Positions 29,444 to 38,670 of a stretch of 64,000 nucleotides of DNA are shown piece by piece. Source of the DNA: Shigella phage Sfk20. The translations under genes and the position numbers were made by a program. The stretch's first letter is position 1; every line of letters begins with the position of its first letter. Below the pieces are notes generated by a model that was given only the letters and a program-made list of their open reading frames with translations, was not told the DNA's origin and made no database searches. The stretch lies in the sequence record MW341595; one strand, given 5' to 3'.

Positions 29444-29981
29444 TTACTATTTCCAAAAGTTTATTATTTTTAAGGTAATTAGCCTTTTCTAGGACTTCAG
29501 AAGCATATTTAGAACCTGCTTTAACGTTCCATCCCGAATTATAAGAGGATATCGCCTTTCTTATATCGCCCTTATGTATATTTAACCAATAAGAAAGTTC
29601 AATGTACGCCCAGGAAGCTGAATTGGATCGTTTATTCAACATTCTTTTTATTTCAGCATCGGTCATATTATAACCAAGTTCCTTAACTCTCGCTCGCATA
29701 GTCGGCAAATAATTTTGGAACATTCCATAGGCATGATGCTTTGGTTTAGATTTTAAATTAACTCCGGCAGAGCTTTCTTGCCATAAAATAGCAGCCATTA
29801 TATGACCCAATCCGCTCTTGTGGATATTTTTGTGTGTTTTATATTTTCCATCCTTAGAAAATTGTTCCCCGAATTGATATGCGTAGCGCATGTTATCGAG
29901 TTGGACATTACTGAAAGTATGCTCGGAGCTATGTGCCATCATTGAAATGGCCAATAGACCAGCGAGTAGTGCTTTTCTCAT
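29436..29981 (-). CDS. lytic transglycosylase-like secreted protein
   Basis: 181 aa; signal peptide plus SLT-type catalytic motif AAILWQESSAG. Confidence 0.6.
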   Translation of the reverse strand: MRKALLAGLLAISMMAHSSEHTFSNVQLDNMRYAYQFGEQFSKDGKYKTHKNIHKSGLGHIMAAILWQESSAGVNLKSKPKHHAYGMFQNYLPTMRARVKELGYNMTDAEIKRMLNKRSNSASWAYIELSYWLNIHKGDIRKAISSYNSGWNVKAGSKYASEVLEKANYLKNNKLLEIVND

Positions 29982-29988
29982 GCTTACC

Positions 29989-30450
29989 TCATTGAGTTTT
30001 AATTACTGCTTTAGAAGCCTTTCCTGGTAAACGACGACTGTTGATAATTGCCATCCTACATTGAAGCGACGGGTCTTTGAACTTCGCATTAGGTTTACAA
30101 ACTGTAAATCCAAGCCAAAGATTTCCATCTGTGATTTCTAAACGTCCAGGGCGATATTCAACCCCATCAATAAAATCCTCGTCAATGTCAGGACGCGGAG
30201 GCATACTCAGGAATTCATTAACTTCTAAAACATGGTCTTTTATTTTGTGGAATAATTCAAAAACATATGTCTCATCAATCTCTCGTTGAATTGCACGATC
30301 AAGAAGATGCTGAGAATATTTTAGATGAAACGATGAGACCCCTGCTGCTTTTGATGCCTCACGAATCTCATTGTTAATTTGACGAAACTCCGACTCAAAG
30401 TGACGACGAAGCTTATTTCGACGGATAAAAACTTCTGTGTTGATAGTCAT
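29989..30450 (-). CDS. regB: endoribonuclease RegB
   Basis: 153 aa; matches recalled T4 RegB; early promoter immediately upstream. Confidence 0.88.
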   Translation of the reverse strand: MTINTEVFIRRNKLRRHFESEFRQINNEIREASKAAGVSSFHLKYSQHLLDRAIQREIDETYVFELFHKIKDHVLEVNEFLSMPPRPDIDEDFIDGVEYRPGRLEITDGNLWLGFTVCKPNAKFKDPSLQCRMAIINSRRLPGKASKAVIKTQ

Positions 30451-30475
30451 GTTATTCTCCTCTTAACTGATAGAA

Positions 30476-30509
30476 AAATTATACCACAGTCAAGAGGAAA
30501 AGTAAACAG
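30476..30509 (-). promoter_or_regulatory. T4-type early promoter upstream of regB
   Basis: GTTTAC - 18 nt - TATAAT on minus strand, about 25 nt upstream of regB ATG. Confidence 0.6.
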
Positions 30510-30788
30510 TTATTCTTTAAATCTAATCAATTTATTCATAGACTTTGAAACTTCTGCACGGACCTCATGTAGGTTTTTAAGCTGTTCAAGACGTTGCTCA
30601 TAATAAGCAATTTCATCTTCTTCAAGACAGTCCTGTGAATCTTCTTTAAGATAACGCGCATAGTCCTGGAAAGCTTTACGGACTACTTCCTGGAAGTCAT
30701 CAAGACTTTGAATTTTCTTAGGAGCAACAGATACACGACGAGGGGCAGTATAATACTCATAACCAAACCCTGCGCTTAATTGAGCCAT
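30510..30788 (-). CDS. hypothetical protein
   Basis: Start ATG 30786-30788 overlapping upstream stop (TAATG). Confidence 0.45.
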   Translation of the reverse strand: MAQLSAGFGYEYYTAPRRVSVAPKKIQSLDDFQEVVRKAFQDYARYLKEDSQDCLEEDEIAYYEQRLEQLKNLHEVRAEVSKSMNKLIRFKE

Positions 30789-31090
30789 TAATATTTTTCC
30801 TCTGGTTGGAACACAGCACGACAAGCCCACATACTGGCTTCTTTGAGTTTCGTTTTAGCAATAGTTAACTGATCGAGGCTTTCAGCATAATTCTTCGCGA
30901 ATTCACAGTCTTCACAATTATCCAGTGCTTCCCAGAATTCATCGTATAAAGCGTCAAAGATAAGTCCTAAACGAACTTCAGCATCTTTGATAGCATTCAC
31001 TTTACCGATTTTCTCTTCAGTATGTGGCTTATAACCTTTAATATCTTCAATCATATTTGACTTCCTCACCAGTACATAAATCATATTCAA
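30788..31090 (-). CDS. hypothetical protein (T4 vs.4 position)
   Basis: 100 aa acidic ORF. Confidence 0.45.
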   Translation of the reverse strand: MNMIYVLVRKSNMIEDIKGYKPHTEEKIGKVNAIKDAEVRLGLIFDALYDEFWEALDNCEDCEFAKNYAESLDQLTIAKTKLKEASMWACRAVFQPEEKY

Positions 31091-31268
31091 CTAAACGAAT
31101 AGGTTCATGAATGCCATATCCTTGAACAGAAATTTCTGTCGTAGGATAAATTCCATCAATATCACCCATGGTCCACGCTTCATTAAATTGCTGTTCGCCT
31201 GAATTACTAAACCACTCGGCGAAAGCATTTAACACATCTTTAGAACCTTCAATAATTATCTTTGCCAT
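31047..31268 (-). CDS. hypothetical protein
   Basis: 73 aa ORF. Confidence 0.4.
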   Translation of the reverse strand: MAKIIIEGSKDVLNAFAEWFSNSGEQQFNEAWTMGDIDGIYPTTEISVQGYGIHEPIRLVEYDLCTGEEVKYD

Positions 31269-31630
31269 TACAAGCTCTCAGTAAAGGTACGAGCGATAAC
31301 GTCGCGCTGCTGTTCCGGAGTCAGAGAGTTAAAGCGAACTGCATAACCGGATACACGGATGGTCAGCTGCGGATATTTTTCCGGATGCTTAACTGCATCT
31401 TCCAGAGTTTCACGACGCAGAACGTTAACGTTCAGGTGCTGACCACCTTCAATTTTAACTGTAGGCTGTGGTTCAATTTCAATTTCACGGGTGTGCAAAC
31501 CGTAGAAAATTTCTGGGTCTACAAAAGAGTCCTCTTTAAAGGTTTTAGAAACAATAATTCGTGCTTGAATACCATCTTCAAAATAAATAGTACCTTTATG
31601 TGTGCCTTCAAGAATTTGATATGCTTTCAT
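31268..31630 (-). CDS. autonomous glycyl radical cofactor (GrcA/YfiD-like)
   Basis: 120 aa; C-terminus [33 protein letters not shown] matches pyruvate formate-lyase glycyl-radical domain. Confidence 0.8.
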   Translation of the reverse strand: MKAYQILEGTHKGTIYFEDGIQARIIVSKTFKEDSFVDPEIFYGLHTREIEIEPQPTVKIEGGQHLNVNVLRRETLEDAVKHPEKYPQLTIRVSGYAVRFNSLTPEQQRDVIARTFTESL

Positions 31631-31636
31631 ATAACC

Positions 31637-32017
31637 TCAATTAGAAAATAAATTTATCCAAGACTGTTCTTTAATTAAAAATGGCTCAGAATCATATGCC
31701 ATTAAACTTTGGGTGATTAGTCCTTTAAAAGGTCCATCAATAAATTCCATGGTAAAATATGGAATTTTATTCATTAATCTTGCATTAGGAGCAGTACACA
31801 AAACTCTGCATCCTTTGAATACACCTTTTTGTAATTTGTATTGCTTAGGATAAAATTCGCTCAAGACGTTGTTATTTGCCAAAATTTCAAAATGATTCAC
31901 CAATTTATTTTTAATAGTTTTTGGCGAAAAATAAAGATATTCGAAAAGCTGTGTGTCTGTCATCATTGCATTCCGATTACGAAAAACTGCGGACGAGTAA
32001 TACCACCAGTGCAACAT
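31637..32017 (-). CDS. hypothetical protein
   Basis: 126 aa ORF. Confidence 0.45.
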   Translation of the reverse strand: MLHWWYYSSAVFRNRNAMMTDTQLFEYLYFSPKTIKNKLVNHFEILANNNVLSEFYPKQYKLQKGVFKGCRVLCTAPNARLMNKIPYFTMEFIDGPFKGLITQSLMAYDSEPFLIKEQSWINLFSN

Positions 32018-32550
32018 TTACTATTGCAACAGTATTGTACAGTTTCAATATGAATATCGTAAATTTTATCCATATCGGGAGATTTAACCGGCTCATCGAT
32101 TATATACAAAATCCGCGAAAGCGATAAACCTCTGAACTTGCTGCCTCTATTACCAACAAAACTACGGACAGAATCAGTAAATAAGCGGAATCGAATATCG
32201 TCACTAGAATAACGAGAAAATTCTTTTTTAATGTGGCCTGCAGAAATTTTAGCGTAAGCTGAAGTATTAGAAAGAACAATAACTGTTCCACCATCATACA
32301 GCCAATTAGCAGCAAAGTTAGTCACAGCAGTTGATTTACCGGATTGACGTCCACCATCTAGTCGAAGTGTGCAATACTGTTTGAGTAAGTCTTCAAATGG
32401 TAGGATATAATCGTTTTTACAAATTTCTTCTACTCTAGCATCAGAATGGTATGTAAAAGCATTCATCAGGGATAGATAAGGACCAGTTAAAAATGTTCTC
32501 ATTTTATTCTCTCTAAATTTGGGCCATTCCATGGCGCATGAATTGTCCAT
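31963..32550 (-). CDS. hypothetical P-loop NTPase
   Basis: Walker A GGRQSGKST and Walker B-like ILYIIDEP; start ambiguous among three Met. Confidence 0.5.
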   Translation of the reverse strand: MDNSCAMEWPKFRENKMRTFLTGPYLSLMNAFTYHSDARVEEICKNDYILPFEDLLKQYCTLRLDGGRQSGKSTAVTNFAANWLYDGGTVIVLSNTSAYAKISAGHIKKEFSRYSSDDIRFRLFTDSVRSFVGNRGSKFRGLSLSRILYIIDEPVKSPDMDKIYDIHIETVQYCCNSKCCTGGITRPQFFVIGMQ

Positions 32551-32655
32551 TTCTGTATTTACCCATTACCGCACTTGGGCTCGACCTTATTACAGGTTGG
32601 CGGGAATCCCTCATAGAATCATGAGGTCCAGCTTGTTCCCATATTTCTTATTTGC

Positions 32656-33129
32656 TTATTTGAATGATTTGACGTACTGAATAGAGCCTTTGCTATTCAC
32701 GAAAGCGATTTTACCATTTTTGTTATACATGGTAGCAGTACGCTGATAACCATAAGTTTGTTTACCAGATTGATAACCAACTAATGCAAAATTATCTTCA
32801 CCCATTTTATTCTGCTTCGCGCGGATACGTTCATGACCATGTGCCATAAGAACCTTAGCGTCGCCAGTTGCAATGGATCTACGAGTTTTTTCATCTTCAA
32901 CTGTATTAACAAAGTCGTCAAATGAATCAAATTTAGCGTGAGATTTATTATACAGTTTTCCATCTACTGCATAATTATATCCCTGTACATCCATCTCAAC
33001 TTCTGTACCATCATCCAATACAGCAGTGATTTTTTGACCTTTTTTAAATTTCAAAAGATCAGTAAAAGATTCAGCGATAATTTGAGAATTAATAGCTGCT
33101 TCAGTGATAAATTCTTGATATGTTTTCAT
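32656..33129 (-). CDS. candidate internal (capsid-packaged) protein with capsid targeting sequence
   Basis: N-terminus MKTYQEFITEA matches T4 internal-protein CTS consensus MKTYQEFIAE-A with (L/I)xE cleavage site. Confidence 0.6.
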   Translation of the reverse strand: MKTYQEFITEAAINSQIIAESFTDLLKFKKGQKITAVLDDGTEVEMDVQGYNYAVDGKLYNKSHAKFDSFDDFVNTVEDEKTRRSIATGDAKVLMAHGHERIRAKQNKMGEDNFALVGYQSGKQTYGYQRTATMYNKNGKIAFVNSKGSIQYVKSFK

Positions 33130-33138
33130 GTGTTTCCT

Positions 33139-33555
33139 TTAAATGTAAATAGTTTTACCGTAGTATTTATACCAGTGTGGCTTCATTAAAATTTTTTCAT
33201 CGAGTCGTTGTTGACTCAACTTAATAGCTGATTTGCATGGATTATAATCATTTTTCCATTCTGCTGGAATATCGCTGATGTCAGGAACTTCAGTATCTTT
33301 TATATTAAACCCACGTTTTAAGCATTCTGTTATAATGTCTGATTGACGCTTTCGCAAAAATTCTAACTTATCATAAAAGAACGTAACATGACCAGAGCCT
33401 AAAATAAACTCGGAAGATATTTTAAAATCTTTAACTCGCTTACCATTTGCAACATGTTTACGAACTATACCAAAAACACGCGGCAGTTCACGGTATTCTG
33501 CGATTAAATGTTGATCAGCAAGTTCAGATACTAAAGTCAAATTAATACGAGTCAT
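33139..33555 (-). CDS. denV: endonuclease V (pyrimidine dimer DNA glycosylase)
   Basis: 138 aa; N-terminus [29 protein letters not shown] matches recalled T4 DenV. Confidence 0.93.
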   Translation of the reverse strand: MTRINLTLVSELADQHLIAEYRELPRVFGIVRKHVANGKRVKDFKISSEFILGSGHVTFFYDKLEFLRKRQSDIITECLKRGFNIKDTEVPDISDIPAEWKNDYNPCKSAIKLSQQRLDEKILMKPHWYKYYGKTIYI

Positions 33556-33578
33556 TTTATCCCTCCAAGTAACTGTGA

Positions 33579-33612
33579 ATATACTATCACAGTTCTAGAA
33601 GAAAGTAAACAA
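33579..33612 (-). promoter_or_regulatory. T4-type early promoter upstream of denV
   Basis: GTTTAC - 18 nt - TAGTAT on minus strand. Confidence 0.5.
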
Positions 33613-33614
33613 CT

Positions 33615-34145
<531 letters not shown>

Positions 34146-34601
34146 TTAAAAGAGGCTGTTCATTATTCGGTAAAGTGAAGGACCCATCACATATTGCCAC
34201 TGAGTACGAGGAATAAGAGCAAAAGCATCCATCTCTGGAATCATAACGCCATCTTTATTTTCAAAATAAGACTCGCAATGGCAATTTCTAAACATCTCAT
34301 GCTCTACTGGAATCGTATAATAAAATAACTGTAAGTCTTTATTACTGGAATATTTAAATACACCTAGGTCTTCTAGAAGGTCTGAATTATAATCGATAAA
34401 ACCAGTCTCTTCTGAGCATTCTCTTTTTGCAGCTTCCAGTGCATTCAAATCAGAACTTTCTACACGGCCCTTTGGAATATCCCAGCGATGTGCCATCATT
34501 CCAGGTTTACGAGAACCAGTAACTCGTCCCATAAATAAATCTTTATCTTCTGTCATAAAGATAATACCAGCTGATAATGTTTTCATTTTAATTTCCTGCA
34601 T
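34146..34601 (-). CDS. nudE: Nudix hydrolase
   Basis: 151 aa; Nudix box GRVESSDLNALEAAKRECSEETG. Confidence 0.75.
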   Translation of the reverse strand: MQEIKMKTLSAGIIFMTEDKDLFMGRVTGSRKPGMMAHRWDIPKGRVESSDLNALEAAKRECSEETGFIDYNSDLLEDLGVFKYSSNKDLQLFYYTIPVEHEMFRNCHCESYFENKDGVMIPEMDAFALIPRTQWQYVMGPSLYRIMNSLF

Positions 34602-35071
34602 TCAGTGATAAAGTTATTTAAATTTTGAGTATATTTCTTTTCATCAAAAATCTTTTGTTGTCTGCGTAGCCGCCATGGCATTTCAATGAACGTGTACCAT
34701 ATCCCAGATAATATTGCTGCTGTAAAAATATTAACAAGTATGGTTAAAAGAATCCAATCTCCTATTCTGTCCATTGGATTTTTTATAAAAAAGTAAAATA
34801 CGAATGATGTCACAGGAAGACTAATAATATACCACAGAATCATAATTTTATCTGTGAACCAATCAGCGTTCGTTAACTTAGCGCGACCATTATGAATACA
34901 CACGAATTTATCGTCTGTTATAGTAGATGGCTTAACTGGTTGATATCCCATTCTAAACTCCCTAATCAACAAATTTTTCATATCTTCGGAACAGCCATTC
35001 CAGTCAACTCTATCAACTGGAATGCCATCATCCCCATCATCTAAATCATACCAGCGAGTTTTTAAAATCAT
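34583..35071 (-). CDS. hypothetical membrane protein (family of three)
   Basis: 162 aa; two TM helices; C-terminal motif NNFITECRKLK. Confidence 0.5.
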   Translation of the reverse strand: MILKTRWYDLDDGDDGIPVDRVDWNGCSEDMKNLLIREFRMGYQPVKPSTITDDKFVCIHNGRAKLTNADWFTDKIMILWYIISLPVTSFVFYFFIKNPMDRIGDWILLTILVNIFTAAILSGIWYTFIEMPWRLRRQQKIFDEKKYTQNLNNFITECRKLK

Positions 35072-35430
35072 TTGATTTTCCTACAATCATTCACGAATTC
35101 TTTCATTGATTCATTTTCAATATAAGACATGTAGCTATTGTATTCTTTTAATTGTATTTTGTAATCCTTTTTTCTTTGCCAATTTATTTTAAAATTATCA
35201 TAATGAAAATATAGTATAGTACCAAAGAATGAAAATAATGAAATCGCTATAGTATAACGAAGTTCGCTCCAAACCTCTGTTATAATTGCTGAACTATCGA
35301 CGTTTAAAATAAAACAGTCAATCATTAGTCCAATAAGACTACCCGCAAGAGCTGCAAATACTGATACGGCAAGAATTAATAGTGCCTCAAGAAACGAATA
35401 TTTGACTTTATTTAGTTTTGGCTTTTGCAT
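35068..35430 (-). CDS. hypothetical membrane protein (family of three)
   Basis: 120 aa; two TM helices; C-terminal motif KEFVNDCRKIK. Confidence 0.5.
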   Translation of the reverse strand: MQKPKLNKVKYSFLEALLILAVSVFAALAGSLIGLMIDCFILNVDSSAIITEVWSELRYTIAISLFSFFGTILYFHYDNFKINWQRKKDYKIQLKEYNSYMSYIENESMKEFVNDCRKIK

Positions 35431-35825
35431 CGTGATTCCTTAACAAATTTCATAATTTCGTTAAATTCATACATATCTAGTTTAAGCTGGTGTTCCTTTT
35501 TAATCTTTTTACACTGAGCTTTCCATTCACGTACGCGTTTACGATAATGTCTTCCTTGATACCAGTATCCTACCCAATTTACAGGTACTAATAAAAATGG
35601 AACTACCAATGGAAGAATTAGTGTTGCTCCAAATATTACACCAGATTCAATATCAGTCATAACGTCTATAACCATTCCAGCAATCAGCAGAATCACAAAT
35701 GATACAGCTACCACAGGACCTATTAACACATCAGTAGAAATTAGCTGACGCTTTGGTTCATACTTCACAGGTTTACTTGGAAGGTATAGTGATGGCTTTG
35801 ACATATTCTCTACATTCCTTAACAA
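35412..35825 (-). CDS. hypothetical membrane protein (family of three)
   Basis: 137 aa; two TM helices; C-terminal motif MKFVKESRCK. Confidence 0.5.
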   Translation of the reverse strand: MLRNVENMSKPSLYLPSKPVKYEPKRQLISTDVLIGPVVAVSFVILLIAGMVIDVMTDIESGVIFGATLILPLVVPFLLVPVNWVGYWYQGRHYRKRVREWKAQCKKIKKEHQLKLDMYEFNEIMKFVKESRCKSQN

Positions 35826-36393
35826 ATTTTTCTAATAATAAATCGCTTTCAAAATTGGGATTTTCTACGAATTTATCAAAAAGATCATCAACAATAGTTA
35901 AGATATTCTTTTTACTAAGAATACGTTTATTTTCATGCTTTGTTTCAGAATCAACTATAAGAGTAAAGAAATATTTCTTTCCCTGAAATTTTACCGTAGT
36001 ATCAATATAGAACAAATTTGACTTTTGTAAATTACGTTTAAACCATGCATCACTTAAACTATAAACGCCAAGATAATCATAATCGTCGTTTAAATAACAA
36101 ACCGTCCATTCAGGAGAAATGAAATCAGTAAATTCAACATCAAAATCACACGTCAATGAATGAATTGATTCAATACTGTTAATGAGTATTCCAGGACGTA
36201 TTAAAGACTTTTTACCTCTAGAAAATCTTCCGGAAAGGCTTTCATCAGTTTCATATGAAGACCCCCAATAGTAATTACGTCCTTCTGCCATGCGTTTAAG
36301 AGCATTTAGTAATTGGTCTGGAACATCAACCTGTCTTTGGAACTCTTCAAACATTGAATTGAAATCACTTTGCATTTTCATTTTCATTTTCAT
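35773..36393 (-). CDS. hypothetical protein
   Basis: 206 aa ORF. Confidence 0.5.
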   Translation of the reverse strand: MKMKMKMQSDFNSMFEEFQRQVDVPDQLLNALKRMAEGRNYYWGSSYETDESLSGRFSRGKKSLIRPGILINSIESIHSLTCDFDVEFTDFISPEWTVCYLNDDYDYLGVYSLSDAWFKRNLQKSNLFYIDTTVKFQGKKYFFTLIVDSETKHENKRILSKKNILTIVDDLFDKFVENPNFESDLLLEKFVKECREYVKAITIPSK

Positions 36394-36410
36394 TCCTATT
36401 TACTCCAAGT

Positions 36411-36432
36411 ATAAGGGGCCGAAGCCCCTTAT
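36411..36432 (-). terminator. C(UUCG)G tetraloop hairpin
   Basis: AUAAGGGGC-UUCG-GCCCCUUAU directly after stop. Confidence 0.5.
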
Positions 36433-36434
36433 CA

Positions 36435-37028
36435 TTATTTCAGAGAATTAATGTATTCCTGAACATCGGCAGAGGTAGTTTCAACCCCAGAAATATTACC
36501 GTTAAAGGTTTCAACTCGAGCAAGGGTATCTTCAATATCAACCTTAGTCAGTGCTGCAATTTCAACTACATCATCGGCAGTACTAATTCCAAGGGCATTT
36601 GCTGCACGAGTTTCACGGATATATTCCAATTTAACCGCAAGTTCTTGACGAGCATCATCTAACTCAACTACTTTCTTGGCGATTTCAATTCGCATTTCAG
36701 CATAACCGTCAGCCTTAGTAGTCAACTGCTCAGCTGTTCGACGATATAGTAAACCGAGTTTAGCATGCATTGTTACATCTTGACCTTCGGAAAGAAGTTT
36801 ACGAATTTCACGCTCTTTTGATTCGGCCTGTCGATTCTTTTCGATAACAAGTTCACGAATACGTTTTTCTTCATTAATAGATTTAACAGAAGCAGTTTTT
36901 AGATCTTTAATTTTATCAAGTAGTTTTGCTGCTGCAGCAGTATACTGTTCTTCAACAGATAGATTTTTAGCCATAGCAGAACCAAGTTTAGTGCGAATAA
37001 ACTCAACAATTTTCTTCAGTGTGTTCAT
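36435..37028 (-). CDS. hypothetical coiled-coil protein
   Basis: 197 aa, largely heptad-like charged sequence; UUCG hairpin after stop. Confidence 0.5.
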   Translation of the reverse strand: MNTLKKIVEFIRTKLGSAMAKNLSVEEQYTAAAAKLLDKIKDLKTASVKSINEEKRIRELVIEKNRQAESKEREIRKLLSEGQDVTMHAKLGLLYRRTAEQLTTKADGYAEMRIEIAKKVVELDDARQELAVKLEYIRETRAANALGISTADDVVEIAALTKVDIEDTLARVETFNGNISGVETTSADVQEYINSLK

Positions 37029-37085
37029 AGTATTTCCTTAGGTTGATACAATTAGATAATATCACGTTTTTAATAGATTGTAAAC

Positions 37086-37421
37086 TTATTCTTCGTCTAT
37101 CTCATCGATAAAGACGTCAATGGCCTCGATAACGGCATCATTGATAGCCAATAAAGTAAAATCATCGTCAGTGCCTTTAGAAGATTCTAAAGCATTGATA
37201 TATGCTTGGTTAGCAAGTTTCCAAGCCTTTTTAAAATAAGGAGCTTCATCATCAGGGCCAACGAAACGTACACCTTCAAAGATACGGTTAGCATAATCCA
37301 ATACCCACTGTACAGGCATGTTTTGAGAACGTTCGTTAAACTCTTTAAATTCCTTAGATTCAAAAAGCTCTTCGGGATAATAATTTCGATTACAAAAAGC
37401 TTTACTAAAGTTACGTTTCAT
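37086..37421 (-). CDS. hypothetical protein
   Basis: 111 aa acidic ORF. Confidence 0.5.
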   Translation of the reverse strand: MKRNFSKAFCNRNYYPEELFESKEFKEFNERSQNMPVQWVLDYANRIFEGVRFVGPDDEAPYFKKAWKLANQAYINALESSKGTDDDFTLLAINDAVIEAIDVFIDEIDEE

Positions 37422-37476
37422 AATGTTCTCCTCAAGTTACAGGCTCATAATATCTCAATCATGAGCCTGTGTAAAC

Positions 37477-37740
37477 TTATTTCATATTATTGAAATATTC
37501 TTCTGCGATTTCGTCGTTATCGTGGTAAACTTTAGAAGACAGTTTAACATAACCTTCAGCAGTGAACATGTTAATCACAACCTTTACAGTATACCACTGA
37601 CCGTCTTCATTACCCATTACTGCATAGGTTTCAAACATCGGATGGTCAGGACCGATAACTTTAATATCATTCACTGTACGACCGAAATCTTCTGAAACAC
37701 ATTTCATAAAGAAGTTGAACAGTTCGCCGTAATTATCCAT
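37477..37740 (-). CDS. hypothetical protein
   Basis: Start ATG 37738-37740 behind GGAG RBS (MDNYGELFN...); longer track ORF overlaps promoter/leader element. Confidence 0.45.
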   Translation of the reverse strand: MDNYGELFNFFMKCVSEDFGRTVNDIKVIGPDHPMFETYAVMGNEDGQWYTVKVVINMFTAEGYVKLSSKVYHDNDEIAEEYFNNMK

Positions 37741-37782
37741 TTCATTCTCCAAGTTGTTTTTCTGTATCAGTAGTTGATAGTT

Positions 37783-37816
37783 GTATAGTACCATGGAAGA
37801 ACAGGGATGTAAATAG
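37783..37816 (-). promoter_or_regulatory. T4-type early promoter with conserved leader
   Basis: ATTTAC - 18 nt - TACTAT followed by ACAACTATCAACTAC leader. Confidence 0.5.
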
Positions 37817-37946
37817 TTTTGTGAAAAAATTTTTAAAAATTTTTAGGGAATTCTAGGGCAGGGAGGGGCAATTAAAAGATAGGATAATATATTATAAAGG
37901 GTATAAACTAAATGATGCCTAGAGAGGTCCAGAAAGGCCTAGATAC

Positions 37947-37972
37947 CAAAAAGCCCTATCATTTAGATAGGG
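37947..37972 (-). terminator. rho-independent terminator after CTS gene 37981-38544
   Basis: CCCUAUC-UAAAU-GAUAGGG followed by CUUUUU. Confidence 0.65.
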
Positions 37973-37980
37973 ATTTAAAA

Positions 37981-38544
37981 TTATTTGCCTAGTTTAGTTA
38001 TTATAGCTTCGGCAGCAGCTTTTAGCTTAGATGCGGTGTTAATACGATTTTTAATTTCAGTATACGCATCGCCAAGAACATCAAGGCTATCAGAATAAAC
38101 ACTTACACTATTGCGTTCGCTATTTGAAATAGAACCTTTAGTTTTACGATCAAAATCGGTGTACACGTCTTGAAGATCGCGGGCTGCCTTCTTTGCATCA
38201 TCCAATGCATCAAGAGCTTTATTCAAAGCATTAACGTATTTTTTAGTGTCGAACATATTCTTAGAAATTTTAACAGGTGCACGTTCAGGAGTAGCTAATA
38301 CAGATTTAGGAACCTGAGCGCCAGATGCCAATTTCTTAGAAATTTTGAAAAATGCTTTATTGAATTTATTTTCTTGACTCATTGTAAAAGAACTATTATC
38401 GATGTTGTACATTTCAATAGCTTTAGCTTTCCACTTAAGAAAATCGCCGCGGTCTTTTGGGTCCAATTGGAAGAATACTTTAGTAAGATCTGCTTCAGAT
38501 GGTAATTTTGCTGCTTCGGTTAAAAATTCGGCATAGGTTTTCAT
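37981..38544 (-). CDS. candidate internal (capsid-packaged) protein with capsid targeting sequence
   Basis: N-terminus MKTYAEFLTEA (CTS consensus with LTE-A cleavage site); own terminator hairpin downstream. Confidence 0.6.
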   Translation of the reverse strand: MKTYAEFLTEAAKLPSEADLTKVFFQLDPKDRGDFLKWKAKAIEMYNIDNSSFTMSQENKFNKAFFKISKKLASGAQVPKSVLATPERAPVKISKNMFDTKKYVNALNKALDALDDAKKAARDLQDVYTDFDRKTKGSISNSERNSVSVYSDSLDVLGDAYTEIKNRINTASKLKAAAEAIITKLGK

Positions 38545-38634
38545 TTAAAATCCTTGAAATAATTTATCGGTTGGTTATTAATTATTTATTACTTTGTTAC
38601 TATCCGTAGCAGCATTCTCTATGTGATTCAAACT

Positions 38635-38662
38635 AAAAAAGCCCCAACCTTTCAGTCGGGGC
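38635..38662 (-). terminator. rho-independent terminator after CTS gene 38671-39144
   Basis: GCCCCGAC-UGAAAGG-UUGGGGC followed by UUUUUU. Confidence 0.7.
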
Positions 38663-38670
38663 TAAGAATG

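Noticed and set aside
37800-37950. GC-rich segment (GGGAATTCTAGGGCAGGGAGGGGCAATT) downstream of the 37783-37816 promoter as a possible small RNA or mobile-element scar
   Set aside because: Could not find a convincing fold, repeat partner or ORF; likely just upstream/UP-element sequence between the promoter and the terminator of the adjacent CTS gene. Left unannotated.
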